Positions 56,133-64,000 of a stretch of 64,000 nucleotides of DNA are shown here, one piece after another. The number at the start of each line of letters is the position of its first letter. Within the stretch, counting starts at the first letter, position 1. This stretch comes from Nitrospirae bacterium JdFR-86 (GTDB taxonomy: Bacteria; Nitrospirota; Thermodesulfovibrionia; Thermodesulfovibrionales; JdFR-86). The stretch lies in the NCBI GenBank assembly GCA_002011815.1, contig MTOV01000017.1:10640-74639 (forward strand), in the 5' to 3' direction. The notes beneath the pieces were generated by a model that saw only the letters and a list, made by a program, of their open reading frames with translations, did not search any database and was not told the DNA's origin. The translations under genes and the position numbers were made by a program.

Positions 56133-57052
56133 AGGTAAAAATTAATGGCAGGACGGTAAAGCTCCCTGATTTTCTGATAGTGGGTGCTGCCAGAAGCGGT
56201 ACATCTTCCCTGTATTATTATTTAAAGCAACATCCTAAAATCTTTATGCCTGAAATAAAAGAACCAAATTTTTTTTCTTACAGAGAGGTTCCACCTTTTA
56301 AAAAAGTTGAATGTCCAATCATACGAGAGTTCAATGAATATATAGAGCTTTTTGAACCTGCAAAAGAGGACCAGATAATAGGAGAGGCTTCGGTCTCTTA
56401 TCTTCGTTTTTACAACAAAACGATAGAAAACATAAAAAATTATATTCCAGAACCTCAAAACCTTAAAATAATCATAATTCTCAGAAACCCTATTGACAGA
56501 GTTTTCTCATCATACTGTTATAAGAGATATAAGTGTAAAGAATCTTTAGATCTGGAAGAGGCTATAAAGCCCGAAGTGATAAAAGAAAGGATAGCCGACA
56601 ATTGGGGACCTGACTTCGACTATATTGAGTGGGGTTTTGTTTCCCAGGGTGTTAGAGCCTACTTGAACCATTTCCAGCATGTAAGGATTTACTTATACGA
56701 GAACCTTATAGCAGACCCATCAGGGCTCGTAAAGGACATATTCAGGTTTCTTGAGGTGGATGATTCGTTTACTCCTGATGTAAGTAAAAAACACAATCCT
56801 TCAGGAATTCCAAGAATCGAGGCCTTACAGAAATTTTTAAAAAAACCAAACTTTTTAAGCTCTATATTTCCTTTTATAAAACTGATTCCAGTGGAAAAAA
56901 GGGCAGAAATAGTAGAGAAAATAATGCGTAGAAATAGTAAAAAACTTCAAATGAAAGAAGACACAAGAGAGCATCTAAAAGAACTTTTCAAGGAAGAGAT
57001 TTTAAGCCTCCAAGAGCTGATAGGTAAAGACCTGTCAGGCTGGCTTAAATAG
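56129..57052 (+). CDS. PAPS-dependent sulfotransferase (copy 1)
   Basis: 5'-phosphosulfate-binding loop FLIVGAARSGTSSLY and 3'-PB region IIILRNPIDRVFS. The ATG overlaps the cysQ stop (ATGA). Confidence 0.8.
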   Translation: MKVKINGRTVKLPDFLIVGAARSGTSSLYYYLKQHPKIFMPEIKEPNFFSYREVPPFKKVECPIIREFNEYIELFEPAKEDQIIGEASVSYLRFYNKTIENIKNYIPEPQNLKIIIILRNPIDRVFSSYCYKRYKCKESLDLEEAIKPEVIKERIADNWGPDFDYIEWGFVSQGVRAYLNHFQHVRIYLYENLIADPSGLVKDIFRFLEVDDSFTPDVSKKHNPSGIPRIEALQKFLKKPNFLSSIFPFIKLIPVEKRAEIVEKIMRRNSKKLQMKEDTREHLKELFKEEILSLQELIGKDLSGWLK

Positions 57053-57083
57053 AAGCCCCAAGCAGGAGTTCATCGGAGATCCC

Positions 57084-58007
57084 TTGAAAGTCAATATCGA
57101 AGGCAAAGAAGTAAAGCTCCCTGACTTTCTGATAGTCGGTGCCGCCAGAAGCGGCACGACAACCCTGTATGAATGTCTGAAACAACATCCCCGCATCTTT
57201 ATGCCCGACTTAAAGGAACCCAATTTTTTTGCTTTCAGTGGAAAACCAACTTATTTTAAAGGTCCCAAGACAGAAATAATATGGGATATCAATGAGTATC
57301 TGAGACTCTTTGAACCAGCTACGGAAGGTCAACTTCTTGGAGAAGCTTCAACAGTCTACTTGAACCATTATGAGAAAACAATCATCAATATAAAAAGGCA
57401 TATCCCCGGCTGGAAAGAGATAAAAATTATAATAATCCTCAGGAATCCTGTAGAGCGGGCTTTTTCGTTTTATTTATACCACAAACTTCTAAATGCAGAG
57501 CCATTAGAATTTGAAGACGCTATAGAACCGAAAGTGATAGATGAGCGAATAAAAAATAATTGGAACCCTGGATATGATTATATCGGATTTGGACTCTACT
57601 ATAAACAAACCAAAGCCTATCTTGATACCTTCCCTCATGTTAAGGTCTGTTTATTTGAGGACCTTAAGATGGATGCTGTAGGCCTCATGAGAGATATCTT
57701 CAGATTTCTTGAAGTTGAGGACTCTTTTATTCCCTCTGTGAGGGTGTATAATCCCTCGGGTATTTTCAAATCTAAACTTTTTCAAAGATTCCTCAACACC
57801 CCCGGCCTTGTAAGCAGATTTTTCCCTCTAATAAAATTAATTCCTTTGGATAAAAGAATAGAGATAGTAGAGGCGATTAAATACAAAGTTCTAAAAAAAC
57901 CTGAAATGAAAGAGGAAACAAAACAGTATCTTAAGAACCTTTACAGGGATGATATTCTCAAGCTTCAGGAACTGATAGGCAGAGACCTCTCACATTGGTT
58001 AAAATAG
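57084..58007 (+). CDS. PAPS-dependent sulfotransferase (copy 2, tandem paralogue)
   Basis: Same length (307 aa) and collinear with copy 1 (FLIVGAARSGTTTLY, IIILRNPVERAFS). TTG start with GGAGA upstream. Confidence 0.8.
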   Translation: MKVNIEGKEVKLPDFLIVGAARSGTTTLYECLKQHPRIFMPDLKEPNFFAFSGKPTYFKGPKTEIIWDINEYLRLFEPATEGQLLGEASTVYLNHYEKTIINIKRHIPGWKEIKIIIILRNPVERAFSFYLYHKLLNAEPLEFEDAIEPKVIDERIKNNWNPGYDYIGFGLYYKQTKAYLDTFPHVKVCLFEDLKMDAVGLMRDIFRFLEVEDSFIPSVRVYNPSGIFKSKLFQRFLNTPGLVSRFFPLIKLIPLDKRIEIVEAIKYKVLKKPEMKEETKQYLKNLYRDDILKLQELIGRDLSHWLK

Positions 58008-58012
58008 AGCCT

Positions 58013-59050
58013 ATGGAAAAGACAGTTAAGGTTGGCATCATAGGGCTTGGTTACTGGGGACCAAATCTTTTAAGGAATTTCCAAGCAAACAGCCGTAGCG
58101 TTGTAAAGTACAGCTGTGACATCCTTGAAGAGAATATCCAGAAGGTGAAGGACAGCTACCCCTTTGTAACCTTTACCAAGGATTACCTTGATATCCTCAA
58201 AGATAAAGAGGTTGACCTGGTTTGCATTGCCACTCCACCTGAGACCCATTTCCAGCTGGCAAAAAACGCCCTCCGGTATGGAAAACATGTCCTAATAGAG
58301 AAGCCCATGACCACCAATACAAGAGAAGGGAAAAAATTGATAGAGCTTGCAGAGAAAGCAGGCAAGCTCCTGTTGGTAGACCACACCTTCGTCTTCAGCC
58401 CTCCTGTCAGAAAACTTAAGGAACTGATAGATGGAGGCGAACTCGGAGAGGTTCTTTATTTTGACTCAGAAAGGGTAAATCTCGGACTTCTTCAAAAGAA
58501 TATTAATGTTATATGGGATTTAGCTCCTCACGACTTTTCAATGCTTATATACCTTTTCCCAAATCTAAAACCTGTTTCCCTAGTGGCAGTAGGCTCTAAA
58601 CATGTCCATGCCAGACACGAGGACATGGCTCATATAATGCTCCGCTATGAAAATGACTTTGTCGCCCATATCCATGTAAGCTGGCTGTCCCCTGTTAAGA
58701 TACGAAAGACTGTTATCAGCGGGAACAAAAAGATGGTCTGGTATGACGATGCCCATACCTCTGAAAAGATTAAAATTTACGACAAAGGCATTGATGTGGA
58801 TTTGAGCAAGGAATCGCCCTTTTTCCCTACATATAGAAGCGGCGATATCTTGATTCCTAAGCTGGAAAATAGGGAGCCTCTTAGCATTGAGGTGGAGCAC
58901 GTTGTGAACTGTGTTATGGGGATTGAAGAACCCTTGATGGATGGTTACGCAGGCTTAAAAATTGTCCGTCTTTTAGAAGCCTGTGACAAATCACTGAGGG
59001 CTAAGAAAGAGGTCCTTCTCAAAGACTGGCAAAGAAGGGAGAAACCATAG
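58013..59050 (+). CDS. Gfo/Idh/MocA-family sugar-nucleotide oxidoreductase (WbpB-like)
   Basis: Rossmann motif VKVGIIGLGYWGPN and the EKP motif (VLIEKPM). Start set to ATG 58013; the track start 57995 is a TTG overlapping the upstream gene. Confidence 0.75.
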   Translation: MEKTVKVGIIGLGYWGPNLLRNFQANSRSVVKYSCDILEENIQKVKDSYPFVTFTKDYLDILKDKEVDLVCIATPPETHFQLAKNALRYGKHVLIEKPMTTNTREGKKLIELAEKAGKLLLVDHTFVFSPPVRKLKELIDGGELGEVLYFDSERVNLGLLQKNINVIWDLAPHDFSMLIYLFPNLKPVSLVAVGSKHVHARHEDMAHIMLRYENDFVAHIHVSWLSPVKIRKTVISGNKKMVWYDDAHTSEKIKIYDKGIDVDLSKESPFFPTYRSGDILIPKLENREPLSIEVEHVVNCVMGIEEPLMDGYAGLKIVRLLEACDKSLRAKKEVLLKDWQRREKP

Positions 59051-59052
59051 GG

Positions 59053-59589
59053 ATGGGATGGATATTATTCAGGGGTCAAAGATATAAGGTAGAATCCAAT
59101 AAAACTCCCATATCTCTAATAATTCCTGATTTCAACATAATCATAACAGACACGGTACTGGGTGAAGGTGTATCCATATGGAGCAATGTGAACATATACG
59201 GCGCTTTTATTGACAGAAATGCAAAGATTGCCTCCTTCGTTGAAATAAGAAAGGGTGTAGGAATAGGAGAGAATACCAAAGTAGAACCCTTTGTGTTTAT
59301 ACCTGAAGGGGTAAAAATTGGCAAATGTGTTTTTATAGGGCCTAATGTGTGCTTTACCAACGATAAATATCCAGAGGCATGTCTTCCTGACGGCTCACAG
59401 AAAAATGAGTACGAAATAATTCCAACCATTATTGAAGAGCGAGTAAGTATAGGGGCAGGAAGCGTTATTCTTTGCGGCATAACAATCGGGAAAGGTGCCC
59501 TGATAGGAGCAGGCTCTGTTGTTGCAGACTCTGTTCCTGAAAACGCTGTTGTCTATAGTTCAAAATCATATATAAGAAGGAGAAAATAG
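59053..59589 (+). CDS. Left-handed beta-helix (hexapeptide) N-acetyltransferase (WbpD-like)
   Basis: Hexapeptide repeats (IGENTKVEPFVFI, IGKCVFIGPNV, IGAGSVILCGITIGKGALIGAGSVV). Confidence 0.75.
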   Translation: MGWILFRGQRYKVESNKTPISLIIPDFNIIITDTVLGEGVSIWSNVNIYGAFIDRNAKIASFVEIRKGVGIGENTKVEPFVFIPEGVKIGKCVFIGPNVCFTNDKYPEACLPDGSQKNEYEIIPTIIEERVSIGAGSVILCGITIGKGALIGAGSVVADSVPENAVVYSSKSYIRRRK

Positions 59590-59596
59590 CAAAAGG

Positions 59597-60700
59597 ATGG
59601 TTAAATTCTTAGACCTTAAAACCCAGCTTCCCTCCATCAAAGATGAAATCATGAAAAAATTTGAAGATATTATTGAAAACACTGCTTTCATATCAGGAAA
59701 ACATACCAGGAATTTTGAAAGGGCCTTTGCAGAGTATCTCGGAGCAAAGCACTGTATAGGTCTAAACTCTGGAACCTCAGCATTAATTGTGGCACTTATG
59801 GCTATAGGGCTCAAAGCTGGAGATGAGGTCATAATCCCTGCAAACACCTTTATTGCCACTGCTGAGGCAGTGTCCATCCTTGGTGGAAGACCTGTACTCG
59901 TAGATATAGAGCCCCGCACCTACAATATAGATGTAGTCCGGCTGGAAGATGTTATAACTAAAAACACAAAGGCAATCATACCAGTGCATCTTTACGGACA
60001 ATGCACTGATATGGACAGTATCTTAGAGATTGCTCAGAGGCATAATCTTTATGTGATAGAGGATGCTTGTCAGGCACATGGAGCCGAATATAAAGGGAAG
60101 AAGGCAGGGACTATCGGTCATATAGGATGTTTTAGTTTCTACCCAGGCAAGAATCTTGGGGCGTGGGGAGAGGCAGGTGCAGCGGTGACCAGTAATGACA
60201 CGCTTGCTGAAAAGATGTTTAAAATCAGGAACCACGGAGGAACAAAAAAATATGAGCACGATGTAATAGGTGGAAATTTCAGAATGGAGGAGTTCCAGGG
60301 AGCTGTCCTCTCTGTGAAGTTGAGATACCTTGATGATTGGAACGAAGCAAGAAGAAGAAATGCCCAGCTTTACAGAGAACACCTCTCCGGCATAAAAGAG
60401 GTAAGCCTCCCGAAAGAGGCTCCCTACGGAAGGCATGTCTATCATTTATATGTGATAAGAGCAGAGAAGACGGATGAGCTACAGCAGTATCTTAGCTCCA
60501 AAGGGATAGACACACTTATACACTATCCAATACCTATCCATCTACAGAATGCCTATAAAAGTCTAGGTCATAAAATAGGGGATTTCCCTGTAACCGAGAA
60601 AGTTTCAAAAGAAATTCTGTCTCTTCCTATGTTTCCTGAACTTTCCCATGAAGAGATAGAGTACGTGTGTAAAAATATAAGGGATTTCTTCCGGGCATGA
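59597..60700 (+). CDS. DegT/DnrJ/EryC1-family PLP-dependent sugar aminotransferase (WbpE-like)
   Basis: Motifs FE.AFAEYLGAKHC, DACQAHGA, and the SFYPGKNLG PLP-lysine region. Confidence 0.85.
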   Translation: MVKFLDLKTQLPSIKDEIMKKFEDIIENTAFISGKHTRNFERAFAEYLGAKHCIGLNSGTSALIVALMAIGLKAGDEVIIPANTFIATAEAVSILGGRPVLVDIEPRTYNIDVVRLEDVITKNTKAIIPVHLYGQCTDMDSILEIAQRHNLYVIEDACQAHGAEYKGKKAGTIGHIGCFSFYPGKNLGAWGEAGAAVTSNDTLAEKMFKIRNHGGTKKYEHDVIGGNFRMEEFQGAVLSVKLRYLDDWNEARRRNAQLYREHLSGIKEVSLPKEAPYGRHVYHLYVIRAEKTDELQQYLSSKGIDTLIHYPIPIHLQNAYKSLGHKIGDFPVTEKVSKEILSLPMFPELSHEEIEYVCKNIRDFFRA

Positions 60701-60724
60701 CAGCCGAAAATCATTGAACAGACA

Positions 60725-62326
60725 GTGGATGTAGCCCAGCTAATAAGGAAAGACAGGGAGATATACAATCAGCTAAGATCAAAGGCGCATAAGGCCTTTG
60801 TCTCAGGCCAAGCAGAAAAGTCTTTGGATTACATATACATTGCCTCTACCCTCGCATGGTGCAGACACATAGGCCTTTGGTGTGACGATGCACTGGAAAA
60901 GATACTATCAGATGTGGCAAAGCTTATCAGGGACACGCAAGGGCCGGCTCCAGATAAGCGCATAAAAACCAACGACCGCCTTATAACTCATGTTTTAAGC
61001 ACTATCCCAAAGGCAGGAGGGCATTTCACTGCTGCAATGCGTTTTATTCGTGCCATAAAAAGGGCTGGCTATAGTCAGAACATCGTTATAACCAACTGTA
61101 GCGTGCCCTCTAAAGAAGAATTTATCCCCGAAGATATAAAGAGTGACTGCCCGGTTGTAAGCCTGCCCTTTAACTCCTCTTATGTAAACAGAGTTAAACT
61201 CTTGAAGGAGAAACTTGAAGAGGGTACCAGCATAGTCATCCTGTACATCGACCCGAATGATGTGATAGCCGTTACAGCCCTCCTAGCTATGGAGAATAAA
61301 CCGCGGACCCTTTTTTTCAATCATGCAGACCATGTCTTCTGGCTGGGCAAAGGCATTATTGATACACTCATTGAATGGAGAATTGAGGGGGCTGCATTCT
61401 CAAAACATTTAAGAGGCATTGACAGTTTGTATCTTGTCCCTCTTTCTACTGATATAAAACCCCAAAAGGGTTCCAAAGAAAATCTGGGAGTCCCTGCAGA
61501 CTCCACCCTCTCCCTTTCCATAGGGGCTGATTACAAGGTCAAGGAAGACTCCTACTGGCATTACTTTGAGGCAATAAAAAAAGTTTTAAAAGACAATCCA
61601 ACTCATTACCATATGTTAATCACCTATCCTTTATCCGGCAATGAGATTAAGGAATGCCTTGGAAGCGATGAGAGCATCAAAAAGAGGTTTATTGTTAGGG
61701 GCCCTGTCTCTGACCTTTCTTCATTCTATGGCACTGCGGATTTCCTTATAGAAACCTTTCCGATCATTGGTGGCACTGTTCGGCTAGAAGCAATGGCGTG
61801 CAAACTGCCTATAGTGGCCATTCACAATGAGAGGTTCCCGCTTCTATCAGACTCAGGGGTCTTTCCACCGGATTATCCTTTCATCGCATCTTCTAATGAA
61901 GATGTAATAAAATATAGCACTATGTTGATAAGAGACAGTAGTCTAAGGGAGAGATGGGGCGATTATCTTCATGCTCACTTCCAGAAAAATTTTAGTCCTG
62001 AAAGAGTGAAAAACCTCCTGGTCGAGCTTATAGACAACCCTTCGGCCAAAAACATAAAACCTGAAGACCTCGGTGATGCTCACTATGACTTAATGTATAC
62101 CTACCAGTGGTTGTCTAAAGTCCATCTACCCCGGAGCCTCTTTATTCAATCAATCATAAAGCCCTCAGCCTTTACCATTAGGGAAAGGCTGAGGTTTTAT
62201 CTGGATGCCGTGCAGAGTGGGAGGCTGAAATCCCTGGCAGAACTTCTGGGAGGGTTGTTCTTATCATTTACTGGATGGCGGGGAGCAAGACTGAAATTCA
62301 TCCGTTCAAGGCTCGGAGGAGATTAA
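60725..62326 (+). CDS. GT-B-fold (GT4-like) glycosyltransferase with a long N-terminal extension
   Basis: C-terminal-half motif FLIETFPIIGGTVRLEAMACKLPIV resembles the E-x7-E region of GT4 enzymes. GTG start. The N-terminal ~250 aa are unassigned. Confidence 0.5.
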   Translation: MDVAQLIRKDREIYNQLRSKAHKAFVSGQAEKSLDYIYIASTLAWCRHIGLWCDDALEKILSDVAKLIRDTQGPAPDKRIKTNDRLITHVLSTIPKAGGHFTAAMRFIRAIKRAGYSQNIVITNCSVPSKEEFIPEDIKSDCPVVSLPFNSSYVNRVKLLKEKLEEGTSIVILYIDPNDVIAVTALLAMENKPRTLFFNHADHVFWLGKGIIDTLIEWRIEGAAFSKHLRGIDSLYLVPLSTDIKPQKGSKENLGVPADSTLSLSIGADYKVKEDSYWHYFEAIKKVLKDNPTHYHMLITYPLSGNEIKECLGSDESIKKRFIVRGPVSDLSSFYGTADFLIETFPIIGGTVRLEAMACKLPIVAIHNERFPLLSDSGVFPPDYPFIASSNEDVIKYSTMLIRDSSLRERWGDYLHAHFQKNFSPERVKNLLVELIDNPSAKNIKPEDLGDAHYDLMYTYQWLSKVHLPRSLFIQSIIKPSAFTIRERLRFYLDAVQSGRLKSLAELLGGLFLSFTGWRGARLKFIRSRLGGD

Positions 62327-62339
62327 GGGATGGCTCGAG

Positions 62340-63329
62340 ATGCCAATAGTCAGCATCATAATCGTAAACTGGAACGGTGAAGCGTTCCTCCGTGACTGCT
62401 TTCACTCACTTCAAGACCAGACTTATAAGGATTTTGAAGTGATATTTGTGGACAATGCATCCACTGATAATTCTGTCTCTGTTGTAAAAGAGCTTGTTTC
62501 ATCCCTTGATTTTCCAATTAAGCTCATAGAGCTGTCTGAAAACACAGGCTTTACAGGCGGAAATATAGAGGGGCTCAAACACTGCTCTGGAAAATACATC
62601 GCCCTTCTGAACAATGACACCGTTGCAACAGACAGATGGCTTGAAGCCCTCGTCAGGGCAATGGATGTTCACCCGGAGGTAGGCATCTGTGCCTCTAAGC
62701 TCATTGTGGCTGGCACAGACATCATCGACAGCGCTGGAGACGGCTATGCCACTTTTGGGCGGGCGTTCAAGAGAGGGGAAGGACTTCCACATCATTTGTT
62801 CGATAAGGAAGAGTACGTATTTGGAGCCTGCGGGGGCGCAGCACTTTACCGGAAGCAGATGCTCGATGAGATAGGCTTTTTCGATGATGATTTATTCCTG
62901 TACTTTGAGGATTCGGATTTGAACTTCAGGGCGCAGCTAAGTGGTTGGAAATGTCTCTTTGTGCCTGAAGCCGTTGTCTATCACAGGGTTAGAGCAAGCG
63001 GGAAGAAAATAGGTCATTTATCGGCTTTTTATGGTGTCAGAAACGATAAGATTGTAAAGATAAAGAACGTGCCCCTTACAGTTATCCTCCGGCATTTTCC
63101 TTGTTTCATACTCAATGAACTTATATCTTTTGCCTATCATGTTCGCACAGGTCAGTTCAAAAGCTACCTCAAGGGTAACTATGAGTTCCTGAAGAATCTG
63201 CCCCATTATCTCAAAAAGAGAAAACAGGTCATGGAATTGAAGAAAGTTACATCAGGCTATATCAACAGCCTTCTCACCAGCGGTTTTACTGTTTACCTTG
63301 GAAAATATTTATATAAAATCAAGAACTGA
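62340..63329 (+). CDS. Family-2 glycosyltransferase
   Basis: VSIIIVNWNG, FVDNASTDNS, LLNNDT and FEDSDL (DxD-like) motifs. Confidence 0.8.
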   Translation: MPIVSIIIVNWNGEAFLRDCFHSLQDQTYKDFEVIFVDNASTDNSVSVVKELVSSLDFPIKLIELSENTGFTGGNIEGLKHCSGKYIALLNNDTVATDRWLEALVRAMDVHPEVGICASKLIVAGTDIIDSAGDGYATFGRAFKRGEGLPHHLFDKEEYVFGACGGAALYRKQMLDEIGFFDDDLFLYFEDSDLNFRAQLSGWKCLFVPEAVVYHRVRASGKKIGHLSAFYGVRNDKIVKIKNVPLTVILRHFPCFILNELISFAYHVRTGQFKSYLKGNYEFLKNLPHYLKKRKQVMELKKVTSGYINSLLTSGFTVYLGKYLYKIKN

Positions 63330-63330
63330 A

Positions 63331-64000
63331 ATGATGGGCAAAGTCTATATCCTCATCCTCAACTGGAATAACTGGAAAGACACAATAGAGTGCCTTGAAA
63401 GTGTGTTTGAAAATTCCTATCCTGACTATCAGGTCGTGGTTATTGACAATGCATCCACAGACGGCTCAGAAAAGAAAATAACAGAATGGGCCGAAGGAAA
63501 ATTCAATCCTGACAACAAACCCATTCCATATATAAGATACGACAGAGAGACTGCAGAAAAAGGTGGACACCCTGAAAAAGAAAAAATCCTGTATCAGGAG
63601 CTAAAACCTGCTGTTCTCCATCCCCTTATCATCATACAAACAGGTGAAAACCTCGGATATGCAGGCGGAAACAACACCGGCTTAAGATACGCACTCAGCA
63701 AAGACGACTGTGATTACATCTGGCTCTTAAACAACGACACAGTGATAGACAAAAATGCCCTCACTGAAATGGTAAGGCTGGCAAAGACTGACGGAAAAAC
63801 AGGCATGGTAGGGTCAAAGATATTTCACTACCATAACCCACAAGTCCTTCAGGCAGCAGGCGGAGGAAAACTCATCCCATGGATGGGCAATGCAGTTCAC
63901 ATAGGCACTAATGAAAAGAATACAGACCGCTGGAACAACCCTATGGATCTTGATTTTATCACCGGCGCAAGTTTGCTCGTGAAAAAGACATTGGTAGAGG
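63331..64000 (+). CDS. Family-2 glycosyltransferase, N-terminal part (runs off the right window edge)
   Basis: Open frame from ATG 63331 to the window end: VYILILNWNN, VIDNASTDGS, NLGYAGGNN, LLNNDT. Absent from the track because it has no stop in the window. Confidence 0.75.
   Translation, partial: MMGKVYILILNWNNWKDTIECLESVFENSYPDYQVVVIDNASTDGSEKKITEWAEGKFNPDNKPIPYIRYDRETAEKGGHPEKEKILYQELKPAVLHPLIIIQTGENLGYAGGNNTGLRYALSKDDCDYIWLLNNDTVIDKNALTEMVRLAKTDGKTGMVGSKIFHYHNPQVLQAAGGGKLIPWMGNAVHIGTNEKNTDRWNNPMDLDFITGASLLVKKTLVE

Noticed and set aside
1-64000. A scan for CRISPR repeats, tRNA/rRNA genes, IS elements, integrases and toxin-antitoxin pairs.
   Set aside because: No regularly spaced direct repeats, no tRNA-like T-arm/acceptor patterns in intergenic gaps, and no transposase or integrase motifs were seen. 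All gaps over 150 nt (10.8, 20.7, 25.0, 37.2 and 38.4 kb) look like promoter or leader DNA.

Overview
A 64-kb chromosomal window from a bacterium. Taxon is not determinable from the sequence alone; the gene content looks like an anaerobic Nitrospirota- or Desulfobacterota-type organism. No rRNA, tRNA, CRISPR array, transposase or integrase was seen.

Left part (1-25.0 kb), entirely on the minus strand:
- (a) An operon of three very large ORFs of no family I can recognise: 1550 aa, 1447 aa and more than 599 aa. They are tightly packed and the operon runs off the left edge. The third ORF is missing from the supplied ORF track because it has no stop codon inside the window.
- (b) Immediately upstream and co-oriented, a 12-gene non-flagellar chemosensory operon: receiver, MCP, Cys-rich mini-protein, CheY, STAS, CheA, soluble PAS-MCP, CheW, CheR, CheD, CheB. 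It is preceded by a -24/-12 sigma54-type promoter.
- (c) Upstream of that, a sigma54 enhancer-binding response regulator and a large GAF/PAS histidine kinase.

By eye this left block, and above all the giant ORFs, uses different synonymous codons from the right block: CGN Arg, ATT/ATC Ile, TTG/TTA Leu, GAT Asp on the left; AGR Arg, ATA Ile, CTY Leu, GAC Asp on the right.

Right part (25.3-64 kb), ordinary housekeeping genes:
- rpmH-yidD-yidC (no rnpA at this locus), pdxA, a hybrid kinase, an MltF-like transglycosylase, tyrS, mgtC, cobA/hemD.
- yajC ... secDF, recJ, mltG, ispG, panC.

Two things in the right part stand out:
- A 5-kb HD / coiled-coil / TPR-PDZ lipoprotein / FecR module splits yajC from secDF.
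- A glycan-biosynthesis cluster at 53-64 kb carries its own PAPS supply (cysC, cysQ), two tandem sulfotransferases, a Wzx-type flippase, a WbpB/D/E-like diacetamido-sugar trio and three glycosyltransferases. This predicts a sulfated surface polysaccharide.

The most interesting candidate for a new system is the giant-ORF operon together with the Cys-rich chemosensory cluster next to it. All functional calls rest on motifs read by eye. No database search was possible.
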